From a virus: a stretch of DNA of 64,000 nt. This document shows, in pieces, positions 34,070-42,016 of this stretch (the stretch's first letter is position 1; each line of letters begins with the position of its first letter). Under the pieces are notes generated by a model. It was given only the letters and a program-made list of their open reading frames with translations, did no database searches and was not told where the DNA came from. Both the position numbers and the translations under genes were made by a program. The stretch covers positions 1 to 64,000 of the IMG/VR virus record IMGVR_UViG_3300029813_000275; one strand, 5' to 3'.

Positions 34070-34840
34070 TTATTTACTTTTAGCTATTGCAGGCAGTGCT
34101 TTGCCTTTTGACCATTGGCGTGTCCAACTGATAATAGTTGTTTTCTTTACCCGCCCATCAACTATTTTAAGTAGTTTTTCACAATCAGTTTCTCCATTTT
34201 TCCATGCAAAATAAACCAAAGCTTTATTTGATTTGGAGTAGTCTTTCACATCAGGAGATTTCTCCTTTTCAGTTTTTTCAAACTTTTCTTCTTTGACTTG
34301 TTTCGATTCTTCTCTTAGCACACCCAACATGACCATCCGAAGCTCTTTTGTGGTTTTGTACCTACTCAATTGTCCGCGAATTCCTTTGAACTCATCATTG
34401 CTTTTAGCAATATCCCGCAGGTCTTTCAATCTTTCTGCGGATTTGACTTCAGAAAATAAATCATCTCCTTCCTGTTTTTCTTCCTCTGTTTGGACTTCTT
34501 CAGCTTCTTCAAACTTTCCTTCAGTAGGATCCTCAAGTTCCTCAGAATCTTTCAATATCCCGAGTTCCTGAAAAACCTGGAGTACCGGTATTTTTATTTT
34601 TCCATCCCCGACAATTCCTTTCTTCCCCAACTCATCTTCGGAATTAACAAACAACTCCTGGAGAACTTTAAAGGTTTCATCTGTTAATTCATCATCTGGT
34701 GTAAGAAACAAAGCAGCTTCTTTTACCAACGTCTCCAATTCATCAGGTGGCACTTTTGTATCAACTGCAGGTTCAAATTCACCAATCAATTGAAGTTCTT
34801 CTGCTGCTGTGATTAACAGCGCTGTTTTAATTTTTGTCAT
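34070..34840 (-). CDS. highly acidic protein with basic C-terminal domain
   Basis: 256 aa; the N-terminal two thirds are very rich in D/E; the C-terminus is K/R-rich (...WTRQWSKGKALPAIAKSK); preceded by TTTGTATAAT motif. Confidence 0.55.
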   Translation of the reverse strand: MTKIKTALLITAAEELQLIGEFEPAVDTKVPPDELETLVKEAALFLTPDDELTDETFKVLQELFVNSEDELGKKGIVGDGKIKIPVLQVFQELGILKDSEELEDPTEGKFEEAEEVQTEEEKQEGDDLFSEVKSAERLKDLRDIAKSNDEFKGIRGQLSRYKTTKELRMVMLGVLREESKQVKEEKFEKTEKEKSPDVKDYSKSNKALVYFAWKNGETDCEKLLKIVDGRVKKTTIISWTRQWSKGKALPAIAKSK

Positions 34841-34876
34841 GATTTTTTTGATTTTTGATTAACATTTATTATTATT

Positions 34877-34886
34877 ATTATACAAA
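34877..34886 (-). promoter_or_regulatory. promoter-like motif TTTGTATAAT (copy 3)
   Basis: Minus strand GAAAAATAATTTGTATAATAATAA; 37 nt upstream of ATG at 34840. Confidence 0.5.
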
Positions 34887-34900
34887 TTATTTTTCAATTA

Positions 34901-35665
34901 TTATACTCCAATTTTATTATTCCATAAAACTATGTGTTCTCTAAGACCGAATCGCACATTTTCTTGTACTGCTAATTTAACAATAGCAGGACTATTTTTT
35001 AATATCTCTTTTCTGGTTCTGCCTTGCGGCATCAAAATTATTTGTTCTTTTAAGATATATCCGGGTGCTATAAAATCAGTTTCTATTTCTTTCCAATCTT
35101 TTTTCCAACAAATAACAAACTTGAACCATGCATTATTTTGACAAGATAATAGTTTGAGAACTGCTGGTTTGTATCTTGTAGAATACAAATTTCCAGAGTT
35201 TGAAAGTTTAGGTGAATTGTTCCATTGATCTACCATGCAGAACATATCCCAGTGGGGTAGTATTATACATTCATTTTCAAGTTCAATAAAAGGCTTAAAT
35301 TTATAATATGTAACGAATGCCTGCAAAAATTTAATGAGCCGGGTTTGTTGTTTTAAAGGACTTCCTCCTGTAATAACCAAATGTTGTCCATTATAAAGTT
35401 TTTCTGCTAAACCAACCTGATCCATTAATTCAAATAATTCTGTAAATGTATATGAACTACCATATTTTCTAATAACTTTGGTATCACACCATTTACAGTT
35501 TAAAATACAACCCTGTAATCGTAAGAATGTCGCAGGATATCCAGTAGTTATTCCTTCACCTTGTATTGTATCATAAAAAAGTTCCGAAACATCAAGATAT
35601 AGTTTCTCCCCTTCAGGAATAGTTTTTGTACAAGCTGGATTTGCTTTAATTAATTGTTTCATCAT
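34901..35665 (-). CDS. queE: 7-carboxy-7-deazaguanine synthase (radical SAM)
   Basis: LFYDTIQGEGITTGYPATFLRLQGCILNCKWCDT is the QueE signature (E.F.SiQGEG..G.p..F.R..GC.L.C.wCDT). Confidence 0.85.
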   Translation of the reverse strand: MMKQLIKANPACTKTIPEGEKLYLDVSELFYDTIQGEGITTGYPATFLRLQGCILNCKWCDTKVIRKYGSSYTFTELFELMDQVGLAEKLYNGQHLVITGGSPLKQQTRLIKFLQAFVTYYKFKPFIELENECIILPHWDMFCMVDQWNNSPKLSNSGNLYSTRYKPAVLKLLSCQNNAWFKFVICWKKDWKEIETDFIAPGYILKEQIILMPQGRTRKEILKNSPAIVKLAVQENVRFGLREHIVLWNNKIGV

Positions 35666-36033
35666 TTTCTCGCATCATAAGATGGTTCATATCTTGCTGT
35701 TGTTTTTGGAGTCTCTTTTACAGTAACCGCTATCATTTTTGGATAAGTTTTTGTGAAAGTATTAAATAAAAATTTAGCCAGATTTTCAGCAGTAGGATTA
35801 AAATCAACCACATCATTTAAATGTTTATGATCAAGATTGCTACCAATGAATTGTTTAAAAAGATTCAGGTTTCTGTAATCAATAACAAATCCTTTTTCAT
35901 CAAGAGAGATTGATTCCAGTTCAATTATCACGATATAGTTATGCCCGTGCAAATTTACACATGGATGATCCACAGGTAAATTTTCCAATTTGTGACTGGC
36001 TGAGAATGAAAATTCTTTTGAAATAGTGTACAT
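35662..36033 (-). CDS. queD: 6-carboxy-5,6,7,8-tetrahydropterin synthase
   Basis: FSFSASHKL......C.NLHGHNY.V.IE......GFVIDY..L......LDHKHLN, the PTPS/QueD signature. Confidence 0.85.
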   Translation of the reverse strand: MYTISKEFSFSASHKLENLPVDHPCVNLHGHNYIVIIELESISLDEKGFVIDYRNLNLFKQFIGSNLDHKHLNDVVDFNPTAENLAKFLFNTFTKTYPKMIAVTVKETPKTTARYEPSYDARK

Positions 36034-36038
36034 GATTT

Positions 36039-36239
36039 CTATTTTTTATGATTTAATTCCTTTTGCCATCCTTTTAATTTTTTCCTTTTTGGAAAATAGA
36101 TAGGATTTTGCCCTATCATAAAATGAACCTCACGTTTAGCTGTCTTAAGTTCTTTCTTCTGTTCCGGCAGTGGGTTTTTTATCATTCCTGCAATTGCAGA
36201 AAAAAGAACCAATAATCTGCTTTGGTTAAATGATCTCAT
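36039..36239 (-). CDS. hypothetical protein
   Basis: 66-aa ORF; hydrophobic N-terminus; preceded by TTTGTATAAT motif. Confidence 0.45.
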   Translation of the reverse strand: MRSFNQSRLLVLFSAIAGMIKNPLPEQKKELKTAKREVHFMIGQNPIYFPKRKKLKGWQKELNHKK

Positions 36240-36257
36240 ATATTATCCTTTTACTAT

Positions 36258-36267
36258 ATTATACAAA
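36258..36267 (-). promoter_or_regulatory. promoter-like motif TTTGTATAAT (copy 4)
   Basis: Minus strand AAAATAAAATTTGTATAATATAG; 19 nt upstream of ATG at 36239. Confidence 0.45.
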
Positions 36268-36296
36268 TTTTATTTTTAACATTTACCAAAAACTTC

Positions 36297-37037
36297 CTAA
36301 AAAAATGCTTGAAGTCCATTTTTCTTTTGTTTTATAATTATTTCATGTCTTCTTTTCGAAATTTTTATAGCTTTTTCATTTATATCACATCCAATAAAAT
36401 TTCTATTTAGATCAAAACAAACTTCCGCAGTAGTTCCTGACCCCATATAAAAATCTGCTACTAAATCATCTTCGTTTGAACTTGCTTTTATTATTCGTTC
36501 TAATAATGCTTTTGGTTTCTGTGTACTATATATATGATATTCATCATCTATTTGAAAAATACCACTTTTGTCTTGAATGCCTTTTATATTCCACCAATCT
36601 TGTAAATTACTTCCATAACAATTTTTTTGTTTATTAAAAGTATAAGAATCTGTCTTACTATATAGTAATATATTATCATGGGTTCTTCTAAAAAACTTAC
36701 TATCTCCGCCGCCGGCCCCATACAACCAAACAATTTCATTTAAAAATCTGTCATATCCAAATACGTCATCCATTATACATCGAATCCAATGATTAATTCT
36801 CCAATCCATTTGCAAATAAATACTTCCGGTATTTTTTAAAATACGATACATTTCTTTAATACGTGGGATATAATGTTTTTCAATTATTTTATATTCAGGT
36901 TTCAAATCTTTATATTCTTTATATTTTTTTCCAGTGCCATAAAGAATATCACAATAAATTAAATCAATAGTATTATCCAGTATTTCAACCATCAATTCTA
37001 AATTATCACATTGTCGTATATCCATTGTAATTTTCAT
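36297..37037 (-). CDS. beta-class N6A/N4C-type DNA methyltransferase with atypical motif IV (DILY)
   Basis: IDLIYCDILYG at the position of DPPY; YSTQKPKALLERII; DLVADFYMGSGTTAEV (motif I FxGSGTT); FIGCDINEKA. Confidence 0.75.
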   Translation of the reverse strand: MKITMDIRQCDNLELMVEILDNTIDLIYCDILYGTGKKYKEYKDLKPEYKIIEKHYIPRIKEMYRILKNTGSIYLQMDWRINHWIRCIMDDVFGYDRFLNEIVWLYGAGGGDSKFFRRTHDNILLYSKTDSYTFNKQKNCYGSNLQDWWNIKGIQDKSGIFQIDDEYHIYSTQKPKALLERIIKASSNEDDLVADFYMGSGTTAEVCFDLNRNFIGCDINEKAIKISKRRHEIIIKQKKNGLQAFF

Positions 37038-37040
37038 CTT

Positions 37041-38582
37041 TCACCAAAAACTTCCCAAAAAAGGCTGTCCTCTATGTAAATTCTGTAAAATAGTTACTTC
37101 ATTCAAATTACTGAAATCCCCTTCACGTATTGCCAATTCATTGATTCTCATTAATCCCAATTGTTTTTCCCGGTCTTTTGTATCCCTATTCAAGCCGTAC
37201 ATTGCAGTTACATGATCAATTTTACGGCGATCCTCTGAAAAATTAGTTATTTTTAACCGGTTTTGCTCATAACTTTTCGCATCAGCTTGCGTAGCGGTCA
37301 CCACTAAACGGTGTCCTTTCTGGGATAAGCTACGCAATCCCCTCCAAATTTCATCCTGCTGATGCCGAAATTCCATTTTTGTTTTCGCTATTAATATATC
37401 AGCATAGTCAATTACAATTAAATCAGGAATGAAATCATCCTGTTTTTCCCAAATATCTAAAAGCGATTCTATTTCTTCAACAGATAAAGTTTTATTTACA
37501 TGCGTAGATAATTTGAATCGCCTTTTATTTTTTATAAAAAATTTATCAATGGCATCTTTTGCTTCCACAACTGTTAGCGGCCCCCCTGAATCAATCTGTT
37601 CAATCCAGGGGGTACCTAATTTATCTGTTTTATAACTTTCACAATTGAAACAAGGACAATAATCCGGGTTCTCTTTATATTCCTCTATTAATTCATCCAA
37701 TGTGATTTCCTCACGTAAAGATTCTTTTGTTCTTCCCTCAAATATTCCGAAACCACATTCCCGTTCTTCTTTATTACACATATCCAACTGATTTAAAACA
37801 CAATCCCGGACAGGCTGATACATTTTACCACTATATTTTTTTAAGTTTGATTTTTTTGTTAAATAAGTGCATATACGTTTTAATTGCTGATTTTCTGTCA
37901 TATCACCAGCCTGAAAAAAAGCTACTTTTGCTTTCTGTTTACAACCACGCATTGCTATATCCAATAACCAAAATGTTTTTCCACGTTTGCCAGACCCCAT
38001 CAAAGCAACGAATCCGCCGCGTATCATTTGAGTATTCCAAAATTCTCCCAACTGGCGTGGATATTTAACAACAGGCCGTCCGGCTTCAGCAAATGCTTTA
38101 TCTACCCGTTGTAATGCTGTTTCATTGCTTAAATCCAAATCAATTCCCGAATCTATTGTAAGTGATTTATATTCATGTGCTATTTTTTCAGCTTCCAGTA
38201 ATTCCCCTTTATCAACAAGTGTTAAAATTTCATCACCATGTTGTTTTAAATGCTGCTCTTTTAAATAATCGTATGTTTGGTCAAGTAAGTATTCAAGATT
38301 AAATTTTCCTTCCTGTTCATATTCTTCACTTAAAGCAGGTAGAATTTCCTGCTCAATTTCTTCCGCTATATCTTTTTGAAGCCCCTCTTTTAACTTTTGA
38401 TAATAAATTCCTTCAATATCACGCTCAGGCGCTTTATTATATTTCTCGTAGTATTCCATCACCCACATTGCTAAGCGACGGGCAGTAGACGATTGTAAGA
38501 ATTTAACATCAAAAACATTATGAATTTGTTGAATAAATTCCGTGGATGTGATTAATCCAATTATGATTTTACGTTCAATCAT
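37041..38582 (-). CDS. DnaB-like replicative DNA helicase (RecA-fold)
   Basis: GFVALMGSGKRGKTF (Walker A), DLIVIDYADIL (Walker B), helical N-terminal domain, inserted Cys cluster (C..C...C / CPCFNC). Confidence 0.7.
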   Translation of the reverse strand: MIERKIIIGLITSTEFIQQIHNVFDVKFLQSSTARRLAMWVMEYYEKYNKAPERDIEGIYYQKLKEGLQKDIAEEIEQEILPALSEEYEQEGKFNLEYLLDQTYDYLKEQHLKQHGDEILTLVDKGELLEAEKIAHEYKSLTIDSGIDLDLSNETALQRVDKAFAEAGRPVVKYPRQLGEFWNTQMIRGGFVALMGSGKRGKTFWLLDIAMRGCKQKAKVAFFQAGDMTENQQLKRICTYLTKKSNLKKYSGKMYQPVRDCVLNQLDMCNKEERECGFGIFEGRTKESLREEITLDELIEEYKENPDYCPCFNCESYKTDKLGTPWIEQIDSGGPLTVVEAKDAIDKFFIKNKRRFKLSTHVNKTLSVEEIESLLDIWEKQDDFIPDLIVIDYADILIAKTKMEFRHQQDEIWRGLRSLSQKGHRLVVTATQADAKSYEQNRLKITNFSEDRRKIDHVTAMYGLNRDTKDREKQLGLMRINELAIREGDFSNLNEVTILQNLHRGQPFLGSFW

Positions 38583-38584
38583 GT

Positions 38585-39463
38585 TTATTCTTTCGGAAGT
38601 AATTCTCCTGTTTTGGTTCTATATTTTCCGTCTTCATTTCTATACCAACGTCTCCCATGTGCAATGATTGAATCCGGTTCACTTGGAGTAAACCGCTTTT
38701 GTCTTTCCATAGCAGCTTCCAACTTAAGAAATTTGTTTCGTAAAGATTGCCCGGATTCTATTACCGGGATATATTGCCCACCTATATTTTTTCTGTACCA
38801 TTCCAACATTTGTTGTACTCTTTGATAGGATACTTTATTATTTTCTACAAGCTGCCGAATATCATTTGTCCAGGAGTTGAGCTGAATTGTAGTATGTTCT
38901 ATATTTTTGTTTGTATGAATTGTATCAGATAAATGTTTTGCAAGTGGAAGGTATGTTGCGTTTCTTTCTTTTATGGGAGGATTTTTACTTGGAGGAATAT
39001 TATTTTTATTATTAGAATTTAAAGCATTTATATTATTATAACTTAAAGCATTTATCTTTTGTTTACCAGTTCTGGATTTTACCAGTTCTGGGTTTTGATA
39101 GTTCTGGGTAGTATCTTTTTTCCAAATAAAATTAACTTTTATATACCATCCGGATATTTTACCAAGAGTATCTCTTGTATTTAATTTTTCAATTAGTTTC
39201 AGTTCTATTAATTGTTGTTGCGTTCTGTATAGTTTTTGATACCCCCAACCAAGTCCTTCCATACAATAATTATTTGTAGCTTTAGGTTGGTTGGTTTTTT
39301 GCCATTTGGCAGTATAATAATAAAAGCAATATAAAGCTATCAGGTCAGCAGGATTTGATTTTGATAGAAATGTATCCAATAACGGTTTTGATAAAATGAT
39401 TGGTTCTTGTTCAACCGGATATATTAGTTTTGGATTGTTGTTAGGTTGTCTGGTTCGTTTCAT
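38585..39463 (-). CDS. putative replication initiator / replisome organiser
   Basis: 292 aa immediately upstream of the helicase. Winged-helix-like N-terminal region. Direct repeats (iterons) and an AT-rich tract lie inside the coding sequence, as in lambda O-type initiators. Confidence 0.4.
   Translation of the reverse strand: MKRTRQPNNNPKLIYPVEQEPIILSKPLLDTFLSKSNPADLIALYCFYYYTAKWQKTNQPKATNNYCMEGLGWGYQKLYRTQQQLIELKLIEKLNTRDTLGKISGWYIKVNFIWKKDTTQNYQNPELVKSRTGKQKINALSYNNINALNSNNKNNIPPSKNPPIKERNATYLPLAKHLSDTIHTNKNIEHTTIQLNSWTNDIRQLVENNKVSYQRVQQMLEWYRKNIGGQYIPVIESGQSLRNKFLKLEAAMERQKRFTPSEPDSIIAHGRRWYRNEDGKYRTKTGELLPKE
39011..39054. repeat. AT-rich direct repeat AA(T/C)TTAAAGCATTTA x2 (24-bp spacing)
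   Basis: aatttaaagcattta at 39016-39030 and aacttaaagcattta at 39040-39054; encodes INALSYNN/INALNSNN in the initiator. Confidence 0.7.
39061..39108. repeat. three tandem 16-bp iteron-like direct repeats, candidate replication origin
   Basis: gtttaccagttctgga / ttttaccagttctggg / ttttgatagttctggg, contiguous, core AGTTCTGG conserved. Confidence 0.6.
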
Positions 39464-39464
39464 T

Positions 39465-39716
39465 TTAATAAGTTTTTCCTAAAGAACGCCATTGATCTTC
39501 ATCATAAAACGACCAATCAAACATATCGTCAATATTGAACATCTTTTTTTCTAAGAGATTTAATGTTCCCCATTCAAATAATTGGATAAGATATTTGTTT
39601 TCTGATATTTGCCCAATTATTTCTCCAAGAAATGTAGGGATTCGATGTTGTTCTTTATTTTCAAACGTTATAAAAAATAATCCTATTAAAGGATTTGTAC
39701 CATTTAATTTTTCCAT
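39465..39716 (-). CDS. hypothetical protein
   Basis: 83-aa ORF in minus-strand array. Confidence 0.5.
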   Translation of the reverse strand: MEKLNGTNPLIGLFFITFENKEQHRIPTFLGEIIGQISENKYLIQLFEWGTLNLLEKKMFNIDDMFDWSFYDEDQWRSLGKTY

Positions 39717-39761
39717 TTTGTTTTTAGTTTTAGTTAAATTTATATGGTTTTGTTTGTTTCA

Positions 39762-40307
39762 TTATTCATCTTGGGGTAGACTTTTTTGGATAATTTTTTT
39801 AAATTCTAATTTAACATCATCCGGTAATTTGGAATTTTCTACTCTACCAGCAAGTGCAAATGTATTTTCTTCTATGTTTCTTTCCCAAATCTCATATGCT
39901 TTTACTATTTCTGGATATTTTGTAAAACTGATTTTAGCATCTTTACACGTTTCTATCGTTTTAGTAGATGTATTTATTTGCTTTTTTCCTCTTTTTACCA
40001 AATCTTTAAGTAGAGCTTGTCCATCTGTCATTAATTGTACTCCATATTTATTAACAACATGTAATTTGCATGGACGTCGATTACGTACAAATTCTTTGTT
40101 TATAGCTTCTACCCAAGTGGGTCTAATTCCTCTCCATAAAATATTATCAATTTTTGATTTTGGAAGATAAAATTTCATGTAGTCTTTAGTAAAGTTATTC
40201 CATGTAATTGGGCGGTCAATAAGATCATTTAATTTTTCAAACAAATGATCTGCAGCATCTTTAATTCTTAAAGAGCCTTTTTCTCCTTTAATACTAAATT
40301 TGTTCAT
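39762..40307 (-). CDS. hypothetical protein
   Basis: 181-aa ORF in minus-strand array. Confidence 0.55.
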   Translation of the reverse strand: MNKFSIKGEKGSLRIKDAADHLFEKLNDLIDRPITWNNFTKDYMKFYLPKSKIDNILWRGIRPTWVEAINKEFVRNRRPCKLHVVNKYGVQLMTDGQALLKDLVKRGKKQINTSTKTIETCKDAKISFTKYPEIVKAYEIWERNIEENTFALAGRVENSKLPDDVKLEFKKIIQKSLPQDE

Positions 40308-40309
40308 TG

Positions 40310-41353
40310 TTATTCCTCCTTTATATTAATTTTAGTTCCAAAAAAATTCATTAATCGATTTATTGAACCAATTAGGTCAGAAAATTTATCAAGTGTTGTT
40401 AATTCAAATTGCATGTTCTTTATCCTTTCAACTTTCATGTTGCCTAATCTATCATTGATGGAAGATATGGTTCTGAAAAGTTTCCCAGATTCATATAGGA
40501 TATTTTGAATTTCTAAAAGTATGTTTTCTATTTCCATATCTCGATTACTTTTTCCATCTAATTCTTGTTTGATCATTGTTTTCATGGTTGGTTCAAATGA
40601 TCGACGCATTCCATGCACTTTTTTATCTTTGCTTCTACCTTTAAAAGAATCAATTCTTGTTTTAACTTTTTTAGCAACTTCAAGTTCTTTTTCTTTTGTG
40701 ATATCCCTTCGTGGTTCTTGTTCTTTGATTTCACCTATGGATTTTTTAAAACTTGATCTGACACTGGTATTTCCAAAGGCTTTTGCTATTTTAATGTCTG
40801 TTTCTTCTCCATCCAACACTTCTAATGCTTTTTGTATGCTATATTGTTTCCAGGGCTTTCCAAGAAATTTAAGTATAATTGGCCAACCAACTCCTTGGTT
40901 TTTTAATCTTATCCAATATTCTGGGTCTTTACTAAAATCAATGAAAAGCATATAAAAGGTTTCATTTATATGCTTTAATTCTTTCCAAGAATTATATTTT
41001 CGTATTTCGGTATTGATGAAATCACGGACAGCCCGAATCGTTTCAATCTTTACAGCATCATCAAATTTCCAGTATTCCATATTTTCATTTGCCATTATAC
41101 GTACCATTGTAGAATTATCCAATTTTCTAACTGGAATATCAACTTTCTTAATGTTGAGTTCTTGTAAAGCTATTAGGCGGTGATGCCCATAAGCAATTTG
41201 GTAAGAACCATTTTGTTGTCTTGCTACAATATTATCCCAGAATGTTGTTTCAGAAATTGATGCTTTTAAAGCATCTACTTTCATTCTATCCACAGGATAT
41301 TTATCCATATTACGATATGGATTTGGTTTGAGATCTTTTACTTGTACTTTCAT
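40310..41353 (-). CDS. ParB-like nuclease-domain protein
   Basis: VKDLKPNPYRNMD....D...V.AL..SI........NIVARQ..NGSYQIAYGHHRLIAL is the ParB/Srx N-terminal domain signature; 347 aa. Confidence 0.75.
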   Translation of the reverse strand: MKVQVKDLKPNPYRNMDKYPVDRMKVDALKASISETTFWDNIVARQQNGSYQIAYGHHRLIALQELNIKKVDIPVRKLDNSTMVRIMANENMEYWKFDDAVKIETIRAVRDFINTEIRKYNSWKELKHINETFYMLFIDFSKDPEYWIRLKNQGVGWPIILKFLGKPWKQYSIQKALEVLDGEETDIKIAKAFGNTSVRSSFKKSIGEIKEQEPRRDITKEKELEVAKKVKTRIDSFKGRSKDKKVHGMRRSFEPTMKTMIKQELDGKSNRDMEIENILLEIQNILYESGKLFRTISSINDRLGNMKVERIKNMQFELTTLDKFSDLIGSINRLMNFFGTKINIKEE

Positions 41354-41574
41354 GATTGTTTAAGTTTTTTAATTTGTAATTTTTCTTGTTTTTTAGCTTT
41401 ATATATGGCTTCTATTGCTTCATTGATAGGAGCTAAACTATGTTTTTCATAATCATAGTCCCATTTTACAGGACTATCAATAGTTTGCATATTTTCATGA
41501 TATTTTCTTATATTCTGAATTGAATATTTTAAAGATTGCAAGATTGTATTTGCATATTTAATATCTATTTCCAT
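41350..41574 (-). CDS. hypothetical protein
   Basis: 74-aa ORF, ATGA-type overlap with the ParB-like gene. Confidence 0.5.
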   Translation of the reverse strand: MEIDIKYANTILQSLKYSIQNIRKYHENMQTIDSPVKWDYDYEKHSLAPINEAIEAIYKAKKQEKLQIKKLKQS

Positions 41575-41607
41575 AAAGCAATATATTTTTAAAAGGTAAG
41601 TAAATAA

Positions 41608-41704
41608 AAAAGTCTAAAGGAAAACGCGGGGAAGCATTAACTACCTTTAGACTTTTAACCAGAAAACAAAAGAATATTTTTATCAATCATATTTCTTCCC
41701 CGCA
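41608..41704 (-). other. structured non-coding element: two interleaved perfect inverted repeats
   Basis: 13-bp arms 41608-41620 / 41644-41656 (AAAAGTCTAAAGG / CCTTTAGACTTTT). 9-bp GC-rich arms 41626-41634 / 41695-41703 (GCGGGGAAG / CTTCCCCGC). One arm of each repeat lies between the arms of the other. Confidence 0.5.
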
Positions 41705-41782
41705 AATTTTTTGTAAATATAAAAAGAATATTTAAAATAAAAAAATTTATTTTCATTTATTTTATTTATCATTGATAATCAG

Positions 41783-42016
41783 TTATTTATCATCTAAAAT
41801 TCCTGAAATAAAATCACCATATATATCAATCCATTTATCAAACTTTTCTTTTTTCAGAATGATTGCTCCTGTGAAAAATAGATAAGGCCACATTAAGAAT
41901 AACAGACTAAAAATAACAATTGAATATATAAGCGATATTATCAGGGCTAAAAGTAAGTAAAGTAATATACCAATATTACATTTCCAGATTTTGAAAGATT
42001 TGTGTATTTTTTTCAT
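41783..42016 (-). CDS. small membrane protein
   Basis: 77 aa, two TM helices. Confidence 0.5.
   Translation of the reverse strand: MKKIHKSFKIWKCNIGILLYLLLALIISLIYSIVIFSLLFLMWPYLFFTGAIILKKEKFDKWIDIYGDFISGILDDK

Noticed and set aside
39011-39108. Possibility that the 16-bp tandem repeats are a CRISPR-like array or a transposon end
   Set aside because: The repeats are contiguous with no spacers. There are only three units, they lie inside a coding region, and no cas or transposase genes are present.
39535-40170. 211-aa plus-strand ORF, and the similar 40521-40955 (144 aa), 37727-38068, 46320-46631 and 45687-45920 ORFs
   Set aside because: All are antisense shadows of well-supported minus-strand genes (initiator-adjacent ORFs, ParB-like, helicase, SNF2). 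They are low-complexity F/L/S-rich translations typical of AT-rich antisense frames.
41608-41704. Idea that the interleaved repeats are a preQ1 riboswitch
   Set aside because: The topology (small pseudoknot) and the presence of que genes made this tempting. However, the sequence does not contain the preQ1-I consensus I remember (…CCCUCUAUAAAAAACUAA-like A-rich tail pairing), the helices are far longer than in known preQ1 classes, and the element is not upstream of the que genes. It is kept only as a generic structured element.
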